From assembly GCA_964397195.1 (NCBI GenBank), contig CAYNGY010000001.1, forward strand, positions 70,586-134,585: 64,000 bases of DNA, given 5' to 3'. The position numbers and the translations under genes are program-made. The stretch comes from an uncultured Gammaproteobacteria bacterium. GTDB lineage: Bacteria > Patescibacteriota > Patescibacteriia > SBBC01 > CAIJZX01. The notes beneath the pieces are model-generated. The model was not told the origin of the DNA. It did no database searches and saw nothing but the letters and a program-made list of their open reading frames with translations. Positions 9,347-18,847 of this stretch are shown here, piece by piece. Each line of letters begins with the position of its first letter. Positions within the stretch are counted from its first letter, which is position 1.

Positions 9347-10030
9347 ATGGATCATGCCGTTGTCGCCGAATCGCTGGAGAAGAAATATCGCTTGGGAAAG
9401 GCTATCGAAGTCCCGGTTCTCCGCGGGGTGAGTTTTCAGATTAATGCCGGAGATCTCGTCGCACTCGTCGGTCCGTCCGGCAGTGGTAAATCGACCTTGT
9501 TGAATTTGCTCGGGGCGATGGATCGTCCCACCGGTGGGTCACTCCGCGTTGACGGAAAAGACCTTGGTTCTATGTCCGACAGTGAACGAGCGCAGTATCG
9601 TGCAAAAACGGTGGGCATGATTTTTCAGTCATTCAATTTACTCCCACACCTAACGGCGCGGCAAAATGTGCTGATGCCGTCCGTCCTCGGCGGAGGGCTT
9701 TCCGACGATGTAAAAAAGCGCGCCGACCAGCTACTCGAAACAGTCGGATTGACGCCGCGGGCCAAACATAAACCGACGGAACTCTCCGGGGGCGAACAGC
9801 AACGCGTCGCCATCGCCCGTTCACTCCTTAATCAACCAAAAGTGCTCCTGGCGGATGAGCCGACCGGCAACTTGGATCAACACACGGGCCAAGAGGTGAT
9901 GACCACACTCATCCAACTCTGCCAACAGCACCAAACGACGCTGTTGCTCGTCACCCACGATCCGGCCATCGCCGCTCGCGCATCGCGGCAATTACATCTT
10001 GTTGACGGAAAACTGACCAATCCTTCATGA
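9347..10030 (+). CDS. ABC transporter ATP-binding protein (LolD/MacB type)
   Basis: GPSGSGKST, LSGGEQQRVAIAR, LADEPTGNLD and VTHD motifs. Confidence 0.95.
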   Translation: MDHAVVAESLEKKYRLGKAIEVPVLRGVSFQINAGDLVALVGPSGSGKSTLLNLLGAMDRPTGGSLRVDGKDLGSMSDSERAQYRAKTVGMIFQSFNLLPHLTARQNVLMPSVLGGGLSDDVKKRADQLLETVGLTPRAKHKPTELSGGEQQRVAIARSLLNQPKVLLADEPTGNLDQHTGQEVMTTLIQLCQQHQTTLLLVTHDPAIAARASRQLHLVDGKLTNPS

Positions 10031-11307
10031 CCGCCGCTGGCATCATAAAATTATCACTCGCGAATATTTGGCGCCGTAAGCTCCGAACGCTCTTAACCGT
10101 CTGGGGCATGAGTGTCGGCATTGGGGCGATGGTGTTACTGATCTCATTTGCTTCGGGGTTGCAAAAACAGAATGAGGAGCAACTCCTATCGTCGTCCAGC
10201 TTAACCCGACTGACGGTGAGTAAGGTAGAGGCAAAGGCCTTTAACTCCGGCACTACCGACACGCCGACGCCGTTCTCCGCCGAGGATATCGCGACGTTGA
10301 AAAAAATCCCCCACGTCCAAGCGGTCTATCCGGTCTTCTTCATGCCGCCGGTTAAGATCGAAGTCGATGGGAAGCAGTATGATGCGTACCTACAAGCGAC
10401 CGTGATGGAGGACATCACCGATGCCCAACGCGAAGCGGTTTCACAGGGTTCCTGGTGGTCATCGAACGCCGACCGCAGCATCGTCCTCTCCGAGCAAACC
10501 ATTAAAGGTTGGAAGCTCGATCCAGCGGTGTTTGTAGGAAAAACCGTCAAAATCGTCGCTCAAGTATTCCAAGGCACAACCGCCAATAATGGAAAATCGT
10601 ATGAGGCGAAGGTGGTTGGAGTATCCAAGACATCAACGCCCACTGGGTTTAGTTTTTTTGGTGATGCGATTGCCTTTGATCTTGGCCTGAATATTGCTAA
10701 TGAAAACCAAAGTACGATTGGTGGCGAGATAATGGGCTCGTCCGACATTAGTAGCGTAACGGTTTTCGCTGACTCTACTGAAAACGTTCCGGCCGTGCGG
10801 AAAGCCATTCAGGATTTGAAATGGTTCCCAACTGGTGTTGAAGAATTAATCAAGATGCTCAACCAAAGTTTCTTGATCATGAAAATTGTCTTGGGGATTA
10901 TTGGCGGTATTGCGCTCTTTGTCGCCCTGATCGGGATCGCGAACTCAATGCTCATGGCCGTTCTCGAACGCACCCGCGAGATCGGGATCATGACCGCGCT
11001 CGGTGCGTCACGCCGGACGGTGTCGTGGCTCTTTCTGGCTGAAGCTGGATGGCTTGGGTTCTTCGGTGCGCTGGTTGGTATTCTTGGGGCGATGGGTATT
11101 GGGAAAGCCATTACCACCGGGGTCTCCATATACCTATCATATACGAAATCAACCAACGGCGATCTCTCGTTCATTCAATTTTCGGTCGGACCAATTCTTT
11201 TCTTCGGGACCCTCGGTGGTGCCGTACTCGTCACCTTGATTGCCGGATGGCTCCCGGCGCGACGGGCGGCGACCCTCGATCCGATCGCCGCGCTTCGACA
11301 CGAATAG
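10027..11307 (+). CDS. ABC transporter permease (MacB/FtsX family)
   Basis: RKLRTLLT..G..VGI, V.ERTREIGI..ALGA and PARRAA.LDPI.ALRHE motifs; ATGA overlap with the ATPase. Confidence 0.93.
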   Translation: MTAAGIIKLSLANIWRRKLRTLLTVWGMSVGIGAMVLLISFASGLQKQNEEQLLSSSSLTRLTVSKVEAKAFNSGTTDTPTPFSAEDIATLKKIPHVQAVYPVFFMPPVKIEVDGKQYDAYLQATVMEDITDAQREAVSQGSWWSSNADRSIVLSEQTIKGWKLDPAVFVGKTVKIVAQVFQGTTANNGKSYEAKVVGVSKTSTPTGFSFFGDAIAFDLGLNIANENQSTIGGEIMGSSDISSVTVFADSTENVPAVRKAIQDLKWFPTGVEELIKMLNQSFLIMKIVLGIIGGIALFVALIGIANSMLMAVLERTREIGIMTALGASRRTVSWLFLAEAGWLGFFGALVGILGAMGIGKAITTGVSIYLSYTKSTNGDLSFIQFSVGPILFFGTLGGAVLVTLIAGWLPARRAATLDPIAALRHE

Positions 11308-11319
11308 TTCGCTTGTCGC

Positions 11320-11976
11320 ATGTTGTCGTTTTCCACCTCGTCGTGTCAGGCGGTGGTATGTTTTTGTGAGCGCGCGATCAACCAGGAGTTTTTTCGACAG
11401 CCGGTAAATACGATTTCCTCGTTGGTATTAGTGGCGGCCGGCGTGTTGCTCATAGCGCGCAGTCGTGGGTCCTGGCCACGGCGCACAATTGGAGTGGCGA
11501 TGATAGTCGCCGGGCTGGGTAGTGCTCTATATCATGGGACGCTCCTGCAGGCGACGCAGGCCGGCGACGTTTTCGGGCTACTCGTCATCGCCGCGACCGT
11601 GACGATTCTCGAGCTCGGGTATCGGTTTCGGTGGCGGACGCGCACGCATATCATCCAGTGGGCAATGGTGGTCGTTTTTGGCATGCTGAGTGTCCTCTTG
11701 CCAGCCGGAATACGTCAGCCGATCTTGGCCGCGGTGTTCGCGGTCGGAATTTGCGCGTCGATGGTGCGCGTCTGGAGCAATGGTATTCATGCTCGCCGGG
11801 TGTTAGGTTCGGCGGCCGCAGTACTACTGGGCGGGTTATTGGTTTGGTCCGCAGACGAGTCATCACTCGGATGTGCAATTCACGGACACGGTCTTTGGCA
11901 TGTGGCCGGGGCGGTGGCGGCGTGGCTGTACGCGTCCACATGGCCCCCGTTTGCCAAGGGGGCAGGCGGGCGCTAG
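11320..11976 (+). CDS. Ceramidase-domain (CREST superfamily) membrane hydrolase
   Basis: FCE...QPVNTISSL, GSALYH, D and HGLWH Zn-ligand pattern; about 7 hydrophobic segments. Confidence 0.8.
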   Translation: MLSFSTSSCQAVVCFCERAINQEFFRQPVNTISSLVLVAAGVLLIARSRGSWPRRTIGVAMIVAGLGSALYHGTLLQATQAGDVFGLLVIAATVTILELGYRFRWRTRTHIIQWAMVVVFGMLSVLLPAGIRQPILAAVFAVGICASMVRVWSNGIHARRVLGSAAAVLLGGLLVWSADESSLGCAIHGHGLWHVAGAVAAWLYASTWPPFAKGAGGR

Positions 11977-11985
11977 GATAGAGGT

Positions 11986-12543
11986 ATGGACACCAACAAC
12001 CAACCCGAAATCACCGTCGAACAACAGATCATCGATCGGCTTGGGATTCGCGCGGGCATGGCTGTCGGCGACTTCGGTACCGGCGCGTCAGCACGGTTAG
12101 CGCTGGCGGCCGCGGGCGTTGTCGGGGGCGACGGCCAGGTTTTAATGTTTGATGTTCGAAAAAGCGCGTTGACCGCCGCACTCAAGCTAGCGCAAATCGC
12201 TAACCGAACAAACTGCCGGGCTGTCTGGTCGAATCTCGAAATTTTTCGTGGCGCCCAAGGCGTCGCTGACGCATCACTCGACGCCGGGATGATGGTTAAC
12301 GTACTGAACGAATCAAAGCATCCGAAAGATATTCTGGCCGAAATTCATCGGATGCTTAAGCCCGGAGCGCCACTTCTTATTATTGATTGGGCGGTGGACG
12401 CGAATACGAAGCTTGCCCCGCGCGCCGATCATCGGATGGCGCCGGAATACATTTCATCGATCGCGACTGATGTCGGGTTTGCGCCGACCGCCACCTTCAC
12501 GCCGTCCGCGCAATCATGGGCGATCGTGTTGACGAAAACGTAA
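11986..12543 (+). CDS. Class I SAM-dependent methyltransferase
   Basis: VGDFGTG motif I and EIHRMLKPGAPLLIIDW. Confidence 0.8.
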   Translation: MDTNNQPEITVEQQIIDRLGIRAGMAVGDFGTGASARLALAAAGVVGGDGQVLMFDVRKSALTAALKLAQIANRTNCRAVWSNLEIFRGAQGVADASLDAGMMVNVLNESKHPKDILAEIHRMLKPGAPLLIIDWAVDANTKLAPRADHRMAPEYISSIATDVGFAPTATFTPSAQSWAIVLTKT

Positions 12544-12911
12544 TGCCCTCGCCAACCCAGCGGCGCGGTGGCTTGGCGGAAGACCAAGCCGTTTTATTTT
12601 TACAAACGCGCGGCTACATAATTCTCGGCCGTCATCTGACCGGACGGTATGGCGAAATAGATATTCTGGCCATGGACCGTGGGGTCATAGTGGCCGTCGA
12701 AGTGAAGTATCGTCGGACCGATCGGTTTGGGAGCGCGTCAGAAGCGATGACGGAAAAAAAGATTCAACGGCTGGTCGCGACGTTGCAAGAAGAACTTGTC
12801 CGCCGCCGGTGCGAGCACGCGCCGTACCGCATCGACCTGATTGCGATTGATGGGAACCGCATCACGCACATCACACATGTTGAGTCCCCAGAAGTTGCGG
12901 CCGGATTGTAG
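12543..12911 (+). CDS. YraN (UPF0102) family endonuclease-like protein
   Basis: G..AE..A..FL...GY.IL, GEIDIL, VEVKYR and RIDLIAI motifs. Confidence 0.88.
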   Translation: MPSPTQRRGGLAEDQAVLFLQTRGYIILGRHLTGRYGEIDILAMDRGVIVAVEVKYRRTDRFGSASEAMTEKKIQRLVATLQEELVRRRCEHAPYRIDLIAIDGNRITHITHVESPEVAAGL

Positions 12912-12940
12912 CGGGCGCGGTCGGCTGGTATACTTTCCGC

Positions 12941-13852
12941 ATGTCGCCGCTCATCTTCATTACCATCGCCGGCCTAGCATTATTTGAGACGGTCAGTAGT
13001 CTCGATAACGCGATTATTAATGCCGAGGTTTTACGGACGATGGGGCAAAAAGCTCGTCGCTGGTTTTTGAGCTGGGGATTTTTCCTCGCGGTCATCGTCG
13101 TCCGGGGCGTCCTGCCCTGGGTGGTAGTCTGGGTCGCCGCTCCATCGCTCGGACCACTCGGTGCGTTAACTGCCACCTTTAGCAATGACCCGCGCGTCAG
13201 CGCCGCACTAGAATCTGCCGCCCCGATTCTGTTGATCAGCGGCGGGACCTTCCTGATACTGCTTTTTTGCCACTGGCTGTTCATGGAAGAAAAGCATTAC
13301 GGGCTCCCGCACGAGCGCGCGATTCATTCGCTCGGGGCATGGTTTTATACGGTTGCGTCGGTGGTTGTGCTCTTGCTAAGTATCTTCGCGGCCAAGATTG
13401 ATGTCTTAATGGTACTCGGCGTTGTCGTCGGATCAACCGTCTTCTTCATTACCCACGGTTTTAAAACATTCGCTGAAGAACAGGAAGCGTCGCTGGCGAA
13501 AGGTGGAATGAGTGATGTTGCCAAGCTGTTGTATCTCGAGGTGATCGACGCCACATTCTCAATCGACGGCGTCCTCGGTGCATTCGCCTTTACGCTTTCG
13601 GTGCCGATTATTTTACTCGGCAACGGACTCGGGGCACTCGTCGTTCGTCAGTTAACCGTAAAAAACATTTCCCGCATTCGTGACCTCAAGTACATCAAAA
13701 ATGGAGCGATGTATTCAATCGCCGTGCTCGGTGTGGTCATGGTCATCGACGCGTTCGGCGGTCACATCTCGGCGTGGATTTCGCCGCTCCTGACATTCCT
13801 GATCGTCGGCTACTTCTTCTGGCGGTCGGTCCGGGTACCTCGAGCAACCTAA
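12941..13852 (+). CDS. DUF475 / TerC-related membrane protein
   Basis: ETVSSLDNAIINA, LYLEVIDATFSIDGVLGAFA and YIKNGAMYSI motifs. Confidence 0.85.
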   Translation: MSPLIFITIAGLALFETVSSLDNAIINAEVLRTMGQKARRWFLSWGFFLAVIVVRGVLPWVVVWVAAPSLGPLGALTATFSNDPRVSAALESAAPILLISGGTFLILLFCHWLFMEEKHYGLPHERAIHSLGAWFYTVASVVVLLLSIFAAKIDVLMVLGVVVGSTVFFITHGFKTFAEEQEASLAKGGMSDVAKLLYLEVIDATFSIDGVLGAFAFTLSVPIILLGNGLGALVVRQLTVKNISRIRDLKYIKNGAMYSIAVLGVVMVIDAFGGHISAWISPLLTFLIVGYFFWRSVRVPRAT

Positions 13853-13853
13853 T

Positions 13854-14228
13854 ATGTGGCCCCGTCCGATCCGTTGGGCAACGGTCGCGGCATGGATGGC
13901 TATCATCTTCTACTTTTCGTCGATCCCGGATTTGCATTCCGGCTTGCAACCGTTCTGGGATTTCGTGTTGCGGAAAATCGCCCATGGTGTCGAATACGGT
14001 ATCCTCGCCTGTCTCGTCGCCTCGGCAGTTCGGCCAGCGAATCGGGTGACGACCCGTGCCGTACTCATCGGCATCGTCGTCGCTTCTCTCTATGCGATGA
14101 CGGACGAATACCATCAAACATTTGTGCTCGGTCGTCACGGCGCACCGCTCGATTGGCTGATTGATACGTGCGGGGCCGTTGCAATTAGCGGGTTGTGGTG
14201 GCTGTCTTTCGTGCGACGTAAAAAATAA
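13854..14228 (+). CDS. VanZ family membrane protein
   Basis: WM.IIF.FSS, RKIAH..EYGIL, YA.TDEYHQTFV.GR and D.LIDT.G motifs. Confidence 0.9.
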   Translation: MWPRPIRWATVAAWMAIIFYFSSIPDLHSGLQPFWDFVLRKIAHGVEYGILACLVASAVRPANRVTTRAVLIGIVVASLYAMTDEYHQTFVLGRHGAPLDWLIDTCGAVAISGLWWLSFVRRKK

Positions 14229-14919
14229 ACTCCGGCACTGTATATCTTTTAGAAAAACGCACGCGCGCGCTGCGACGGATGTTAATCGTCTTGTTAAACT
14301 TCAGTCCGGCCGTCCGCAGCGCCCGAAGATAAAACTTTTTTGTCCAATGCCGGTCGGTAAAGGAAATCGTATGATGGGCATCGAGACGGATATGTGCGGT
14401 GAATTGGCTACCATCTTGGGTTTCATCGTATCCCGGCGCAAAGGTGAAATATCGATCCGGCAGGTTCTTTGCCCTCACGCACCGCGGATGTAGATCAGAA
14501 AAAACGAGGCGACCACCGGGTTGCAGAACGTGGCTGATGCCACGCATGATCTGGGTGATCTCTTTTTTTGTATCAACATTGAGGAGCACCATGTTCATCA
14601 CCACCACATCAAATGAAGCCTTGGGGAGCGTGCCGACGCGAGTCGCATTCAGATGACGGAACGCTAGTCGCGGATGCCGATGCGTTTTTTTGCACGTCGT
14701 GATCCATGACGCGGCCGAATCAATCCCGAGGACAGCTGCGCCCTGAGCGGCAAGGGCGGTCGTAATCCGACCGTCACCACATCCAATATCGAGCACGCGT
14801 GTATTGCGCAAAATCCCGGCGGCCCGCGTTAACGCCGGAAGGAACGTTTTTGTATGGTTTCGTGCCTGTCGTTCATACAGGGCGCGGAAGTATTGCTGTG
14901 TGTATTTCTGGACGGCCAT
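14185..14919 (-). CDS. Class I SAM-dependent methyltransferase
   Basis: VLDIGCGDG, FDVVV and LQPGGRLVF motifs. Confidence 0.88.
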   Translation of the reverse strand: MAVQKYTQQYFRALYERQARNHTKTFLPALTRAAGILRNTRVLDIGCGDGRITTALAAQGAAVLGIDSAASWITTCKKTHRHPRLAFRHLNATRVGTLPKASFDVVVMNMVLLNVDTKKEITQIMRGISHVLQPGGRLVFSDLHPRCVRAKNLPDRYFTFAPGYDETQDGSQFTAHIRLDAHHTISFTDRHWTKKFYLRALRTAGLKFNKTINIRRSARVRFSKRYTVPEFIFYVARKTATTTR

Positions 14920-14955
14920 AGATATATCGTACCACAAACAGAAGAATCACCCGAC

Positions 14956-14984
14956 TTGACGCCACCCGGATTCGGACGTAGGCT
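14956..14984 (+). promoter_or_regulatory. Sigma70 promoter of an accessory unit
   Basis: TTGACG-N17-TAGGCT. Confidence 0.7.
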
Positions 14985-15028
14985 CGCTCTGTTCTCGCTG
15001 CAAGTCCACACTCGCCCGCGAGGTGCAC

Positions 15029-15400
15029 ATGTCACGTCTGCTGAAGTTTCTGGCGGCCATCTTGGTGGGTACCTTCATCGGTAACTGCGCTGGGTCATAT
15101 CTCAGCGCCGCGCCGATGGTCGTGCCGCCGCAGGTGGTCGAAGTCCAGGACCCGATTCCGCAGTGGTTGAAAGGTGAGCAGGGCCATGTCGTCGTTCGTG
15201 TCATCGTGCGACGCGACGGACGCGTCGGCCGTATCCTCACCAACTCCGCCAACGACAAGCTCAAGTCCTGGTACGAACTCGCCGTCCGCGCCTCACGGTT
15301 CACCCCGGCGACGGTCGACGGCAAACCGGTCGAGGCGATTGTCACGATCCGGTACGAGTACACGGTCAAGTCGACGGTCAAGGTGACCGCCGATCCCTGA
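15029..15400 (+). CDS. Small membrane-anchored protein with a TonB C-terminal-like domain
   Basis: N-terminal hydrophobic helix, then GHVVVRVIV.RDGRV...AVRASRFTPATVDGKPV...TIRY matching the TonB_C consensus. Confidence 0.7.
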   Translation: MSRLLKFLAAILVGTFIGNCAGSYLSAAPMVVPPQVVEVQDPIPQWLKGEQGHVVVRVIVRRDGRVGRILTNSANDKLKSWYELAVRASRFTPATVDGKPVEAIVTIRYEYTVKSTVKVTADP

Positions 15401-15426
15401 AGCGCCTCACTACCGCAGGAGGCCAC

Positions 15427-15720
15427 ATGGCCACCAAACCGAAGGTCGTCGCAGCGCCCGAAGCCCCGCCTGTCGAACCAGCTCGTGAGCCGTTCCACAT
15501 CTCGATCGTCTCCGAACTCGACGAGAACCTCAAGCTGACGGGAGGCACGTTCGGCATCCTCGAGCTGATGCGCCTCCTGAACCGCACGCGTGTTCCTCGG
15601 GAGCACATGCTACCGCTGGCGGTCAAGCTCCGCAAGTTCGCCAAGAAGGCGCGGATCTACCCGCCGCTCCTCGACGCTGCCAACCGCCTCGAGGCCGAGC
15701 ACGAACGGCAGGTCCAGTAG
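15427..15720 (+). CDS. Hypothetical protein
   Basis: SD AGGAGG, consistent codon usage, followed by a terminator. Confidence 0.7.
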   Translation: MATKPKVVAAPEAPPVEPAREPFHISIVSELDENLKLTGGTFGILELMRLLNRTRVPREHMLPLAVKLRKFAKKARIYPPLLDAANRLEAEHERQVQ

Positions 15721-15740
15721 CGCCACCGCACCATCCGATC

Positions 15741-15811
15741 CCCGACGCTTCCGCTCATCTCCTCCATCACATGGAGGGGTCAGGGTGAGGAAAGCGTCGG
15801 GATGTTTTTTT
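15741..15811 (+). terminator. Long imperfect hairpin terminator
   Basis: CCCGACGCTT...AAGCGTCGGG outer stem, CCTCCAT-cac-ATGGAGG apex, T7 tract. Confidence 0.75.
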
Positions 15812-15889
15812 GTGACACGCAGCTTATCCACTCGACAATCCGTAGGTATCAGCCCATACTTGGGGCACTTATTTCGTAACACTGTGTGT

Positions 15890-16165
15890 ATGATGAAAAA
15901 CATGTCGATGCTGGATCGGGTGATCCGCGCCGTTGTCGTGGCCGCGATTATTGTGCTCTGGCTAACGGATATTCTCACCGGGACGTGGCTGATCGTGGCC
16001 ATCGTCATTGGCGTGATCTTCCTGATCACGAGCGCGATTGGCTTCTGCCCGCTCTATCGGATGATCGGAAAAACATTCGGCACCAAGCGCCCAGCCGCAC
16101 CGGCCGCGACGCCAACCGCCGAAACGCCGACCCAAAATCCACCGGCCACCCCGCCGACGGTCTAA
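15890..16165 (+). CDS. DUF2892 (YgaP-like) membrane protein
   Basis: KNM..LDRVIR...two TM helices...GFCPLY. Confidence 0.88.
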   Translation: MMKNMSMLDRVIRAVVVAAIIVLWLTDILTGTWLIVAIVIGVIFLITSAIGFCPLYRMIGKTFGTKRPAAPAATPTAETPTQNPPATPPTV

Positions 16166-16212
16166 AACAGGAAACGCTTTTACGCGGCGACCGCTGGTCG
16201 CCGCGTTCTGTT

Positions 16213-16986
16213 TTACCGTGCCCGGCGCGAGCGTTTCGGAGTTTGCGTGATGGTGTTCGGATCGAGTGAAACCATCCAGGTCGCTTCAAACATCGCTCGG
16301 AAACCCTGGGCGATGGCCGCGTCGGTAATAACGAGCATGTAGCGCTTCGGATTTGAGTAGAGCGCCACCGAATCATTCCAGATGGAGATGTCGATGTCGA
16401 ACGACATGCCTTTCGGTAAGACCCTGACGACTCGTGCCGGATGATGACGCATCTGGCCAAAGGCGACGCTCTCCGGTGTGTACGGGTGAATTTCGCGCAT
16501 CACCTGGATGATGCCGCGGTCCATGCGGCGCACCGCCTCGGCTTCAATTCCGGGGAAGAGTTCCATCGTGTTCACGTAGTGTGAGATGTAGAGGTTCTCT
16601 GATGCGTTGTAACATTCGTCCATCCACACGCGCATGATGCTCTTGGGATCATCATAGTAGCGAATCAGCGGCTTCGTGCCTTCCGAGTTTTCGAGGGCGC
16701 GCAAATAGGGGAGGAGTTCTTTGACCGCCCGCTCTTGTTGTTGCGCGCGTTGGAGAAGGCGTGACGGCGGGTCGGGGGTGTAGACCTGCTTTTTCCCTTT
16801 CGGCATCAACCCCACGAGTTGTTTCTGTCGAAGCGATTCGAGGTCGAGATAGATGGTTGTCCGCTTGAGCCCGGTCTTTTTCGCGAGCGTCACCGGTGTT
16901 CCCCCGCCCATCTCTAAGAGCGCGGTATAGACCCGTGCTTCGCGGGGAGTGAGATTCAGTTCAGTGAGGACTTCTTCGATATTCAT
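16213..16986 (-). CDS. TrmB-family transcriptional regulator
   Basis: L.LT.REARVY.ALL..G, LAKKTGLKRTTIY..L HTH, and a PLD-like C-domain ending F.A.W. Confidence 0.88.
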   Translation of the reverse strand: MNIEEVLTELNLTPREARVYTALLEMGGGTPVTLAKKTGLKRTTIYLDLESLRQKQLVGLMPKGKKQVYTPDPPSRLLQRAQQQERAVKELLPYLRALENSEGTKPLIRYYDDPKSIMRVWMDECYNASENLYISHYVNTMELFPGIEAEAVRRMDRGIIQVMREIHPYTPESVAFGQMRHHPARVVRVLPKGMSFDIDISIWNDSVALYSNPKRYMLVITDAAIAQGFRAMFEATWMVSLDPNTITQTPKRSRRAR

Positions 16987-17255
16987 GACGGTATCGTACC
17001 AGAAAAAGTACAAAATGTCAAGAACTACGTCAGATTAGTCTTATACACAATCAAAAAGGCTAATATAAAGCAGAATAGGAATAGTGGACATGACGCAGAC
17101 ATTGACATTTTATGATTTATGGAGTATGATGGCCAGTTGAACTTGAAAAAGAACCGCCGTCCTGAAACGGGCAATGGATGCACCTTTCAACCAGACCCAG
17201 CACTCGACCCCGAGCTCGTCGAGGGGGAGGAGCACTGGCTTAAGAGGAGAAAGTC

Positions 17256-17786
17256 ATGCACCAGTTCTACGGCATGGCCGTCGTGGTTTCGGCGCTGGGC
17301 TCTTTCTACGCCGCCATGAGCATCATGCTCCGTCAAAATCCACGGTGGATCACCGCCCGCATGCTGCTGTCGGTGGCGCTCGCTTGTTTGGCTGGTACCG
17401 CTGGGCTGACCGGGATGCAAATCACCCGTGACCGCGTTCAGTATCGCCCGGACAATCCGGCCGAAGTTTTGGCCGAGGCAGCTGGGTTGACGCTCAATCA
17501 CAAGCTGATGACGGTCGAGACGACCGAGCCCGGCACCGAGATCGCTACCATCGATACAACGTATGCTGTCGAGGTCGAGACCGTTCCATCGTACTCGGTG
17601 TCGGTCACGCGGATGGTTGTGCGGCTGTCGGTATCGGCCGGCGACTTCCCGCGCATCTCACACAGTCTGCTGACGTACCGAAACGGGTGGCTGGTGTTCA
17701 TGGTTCCGGGTCGGAGCCCGGCCCGCTACTTCCGCCCGGCGAACGTTCTTGATAGCTGTCGGGCTGAGATCAACCGAGAGGAGTAA
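17256..17786 (+). CDS. Hypothetical membrane protein
   Basis: SD AGAGGAG, two N-terminal TM helices, promoter TTGACA at 17102. Confidence 0.7.
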   Translation: MHQFYGMAVVVSALGSFYAAMSIMLRQNPRWITARMLLSVALACLAGTAGLTGMQITRDRVQYRPDNPAEVLAEAAGLTLNHKLMTVETTEPGTEIATIDTTYAVEVETVPSYSVSVTRMVVRLSVSAGDFPRISHSLLTYRNGWLVFMVPGRSPARYFRPANVLDSCRAEINREE

Positions 17787-17789
17787 CCG

Positions 17790-18137
17790 ATGAAAGAGCG
17801 CCTTCAAGGCTGGCTGATGCTGGCTGCGGTCATCACGGTGGTGTGGAGCGGTTGTACGCTCGTGGCGCGAATCAACCCGCCGCCGCGATACCGAAGCGCG
17901 ATGGTCCAAACCCGCTGGGAGTCGAGCCAGATGCGGGAGTGGAGTGACACGACCGAAGTCGTTCGGATGTATATGGTCCGTGCCGATTATTTGTGGGCCG
18001 AGATCGACAGCCTGGCCTTCAGCCAGATTCGTATCGGCGACTCGCTGACGGTTGTCTCCGCCGAGTCCGTCTACGTCCACGGTCGGTACGCCGGGCGGTT
18101 CTGGCGGATCGGATACCCAGCCCGTATCGAAGACTAG
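17790..18137 (+). CDS. Hypothetical membrane-anchored protein
   Basis: SD GAGGAG, N-terminal hydrophobic helix, followed by a terminator. Confidence 0.7.
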   Translation: MKERLQGWLMLAAVITVVWSGCTLVARINPPPRYRSAMVQTRWESSQMREWSDTTEVVRMYMVRADYLWAEIDSLAFSQIRIGDSLTVVSAESVYVHGRYAGRFWRIGYPARIED

Positions 18138-18142
18138 TTCTT

Positions 18143-18215
18143 TTCCCGGCGCCTCCACTTGTCCCCTCCATTCTATGGAGGGGTACGGGGTGGGGGGCGC
18201 CGGGAATTTTGTTTT
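18143..18215 (+). terminator. Long imperfect hairpin terminator
   Basis: TTCCCGGCGCC...GGCGCCGGGAA outer stem, CCTCCAT-tct-ATGGAGG apex, T-rich tail. Confidence 0.75.
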
Positions 18216-18281
18216 GGGCGATCGTTGACGGTGTGACCATTTCGGCGTACGGTACGGCCGACCCTATCCGCGGAGGACGTC

Positions 18282-18641
18282 ATGAAGACAGTCTTGTTGA
18301 TTGAAGACAACAGCGAATCGGCTCGCACATTCCGTAGCCAGCTCGAGGCGGACGTACGCCTCCTCGTCGCCCCGTCGATTGCAGTGGCGCGCGACCTCTA
18401 CTTCTCGACCCCGCACATCAGCCTGGTTACCATTGGCTCGTTCGAGGGCGTCGCGACCATCACCTTCGTGCGCTGGCTCCGTCAGCGTGGGTACGCTGGA
18501 ATCATCGTCGCCGCCACGCCGTTTCGCACCACCAATGACGCGTTGCTCACCGCTGGTGGCACAACCGCCGTCAATCGCAATGGGGACGTCGTGACCGAGG
18601 TTCGCCGACGCCTGCGCTCTGTCCAGCACGAACCGGTGTAA
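18282..18641 (+). CDS. Stand-alone divergent receiver (CheY-like) domain protein
   Basis: MKTVLLIEDN start and a receiver-like beta/alpha pattern; phospho-acceptor Asp replaced (SLVTIG). SD GGAGG; promoter TTGACG-N17-TACGGT. Confidence 0.65.
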   Translation: MKTVLLIEDNSESARTFRSQLEADVRLLVAPSIAVARDLYFSTPHISLVTIGSFEGVATITFVRWLRQRGYAGIIVAATPFRTTNDALLTAGGTTAVNRNGDVVTEVRRRLRSVQHEPV

Positions 18642-18847
18642 TCAGCACCCCGCTCCTCCGGTATGCCCCCGCATGCCGGTTTTTTGTTCGGGTTGACAAT
18701 CAGTCGTCCTCAGGCGTAGCCTACCAGAATCCTCACCAGAGCCCTTCCCATCGCCGGGATATGCCCTGGGCAGGAGATGTACTGTCCACCGGGAGCTTCG
18801 CCGTTCCCATTCCCCATACTTCTCTACCAGGAAGGTAGGAAGTACAC

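Noticed and set aside
15741-18215. Integron cassette array (attC sites)
   Set aside because: No RYYYAAC/GTTRRRY boxes, no intI in the window, and the units have their own promoters.
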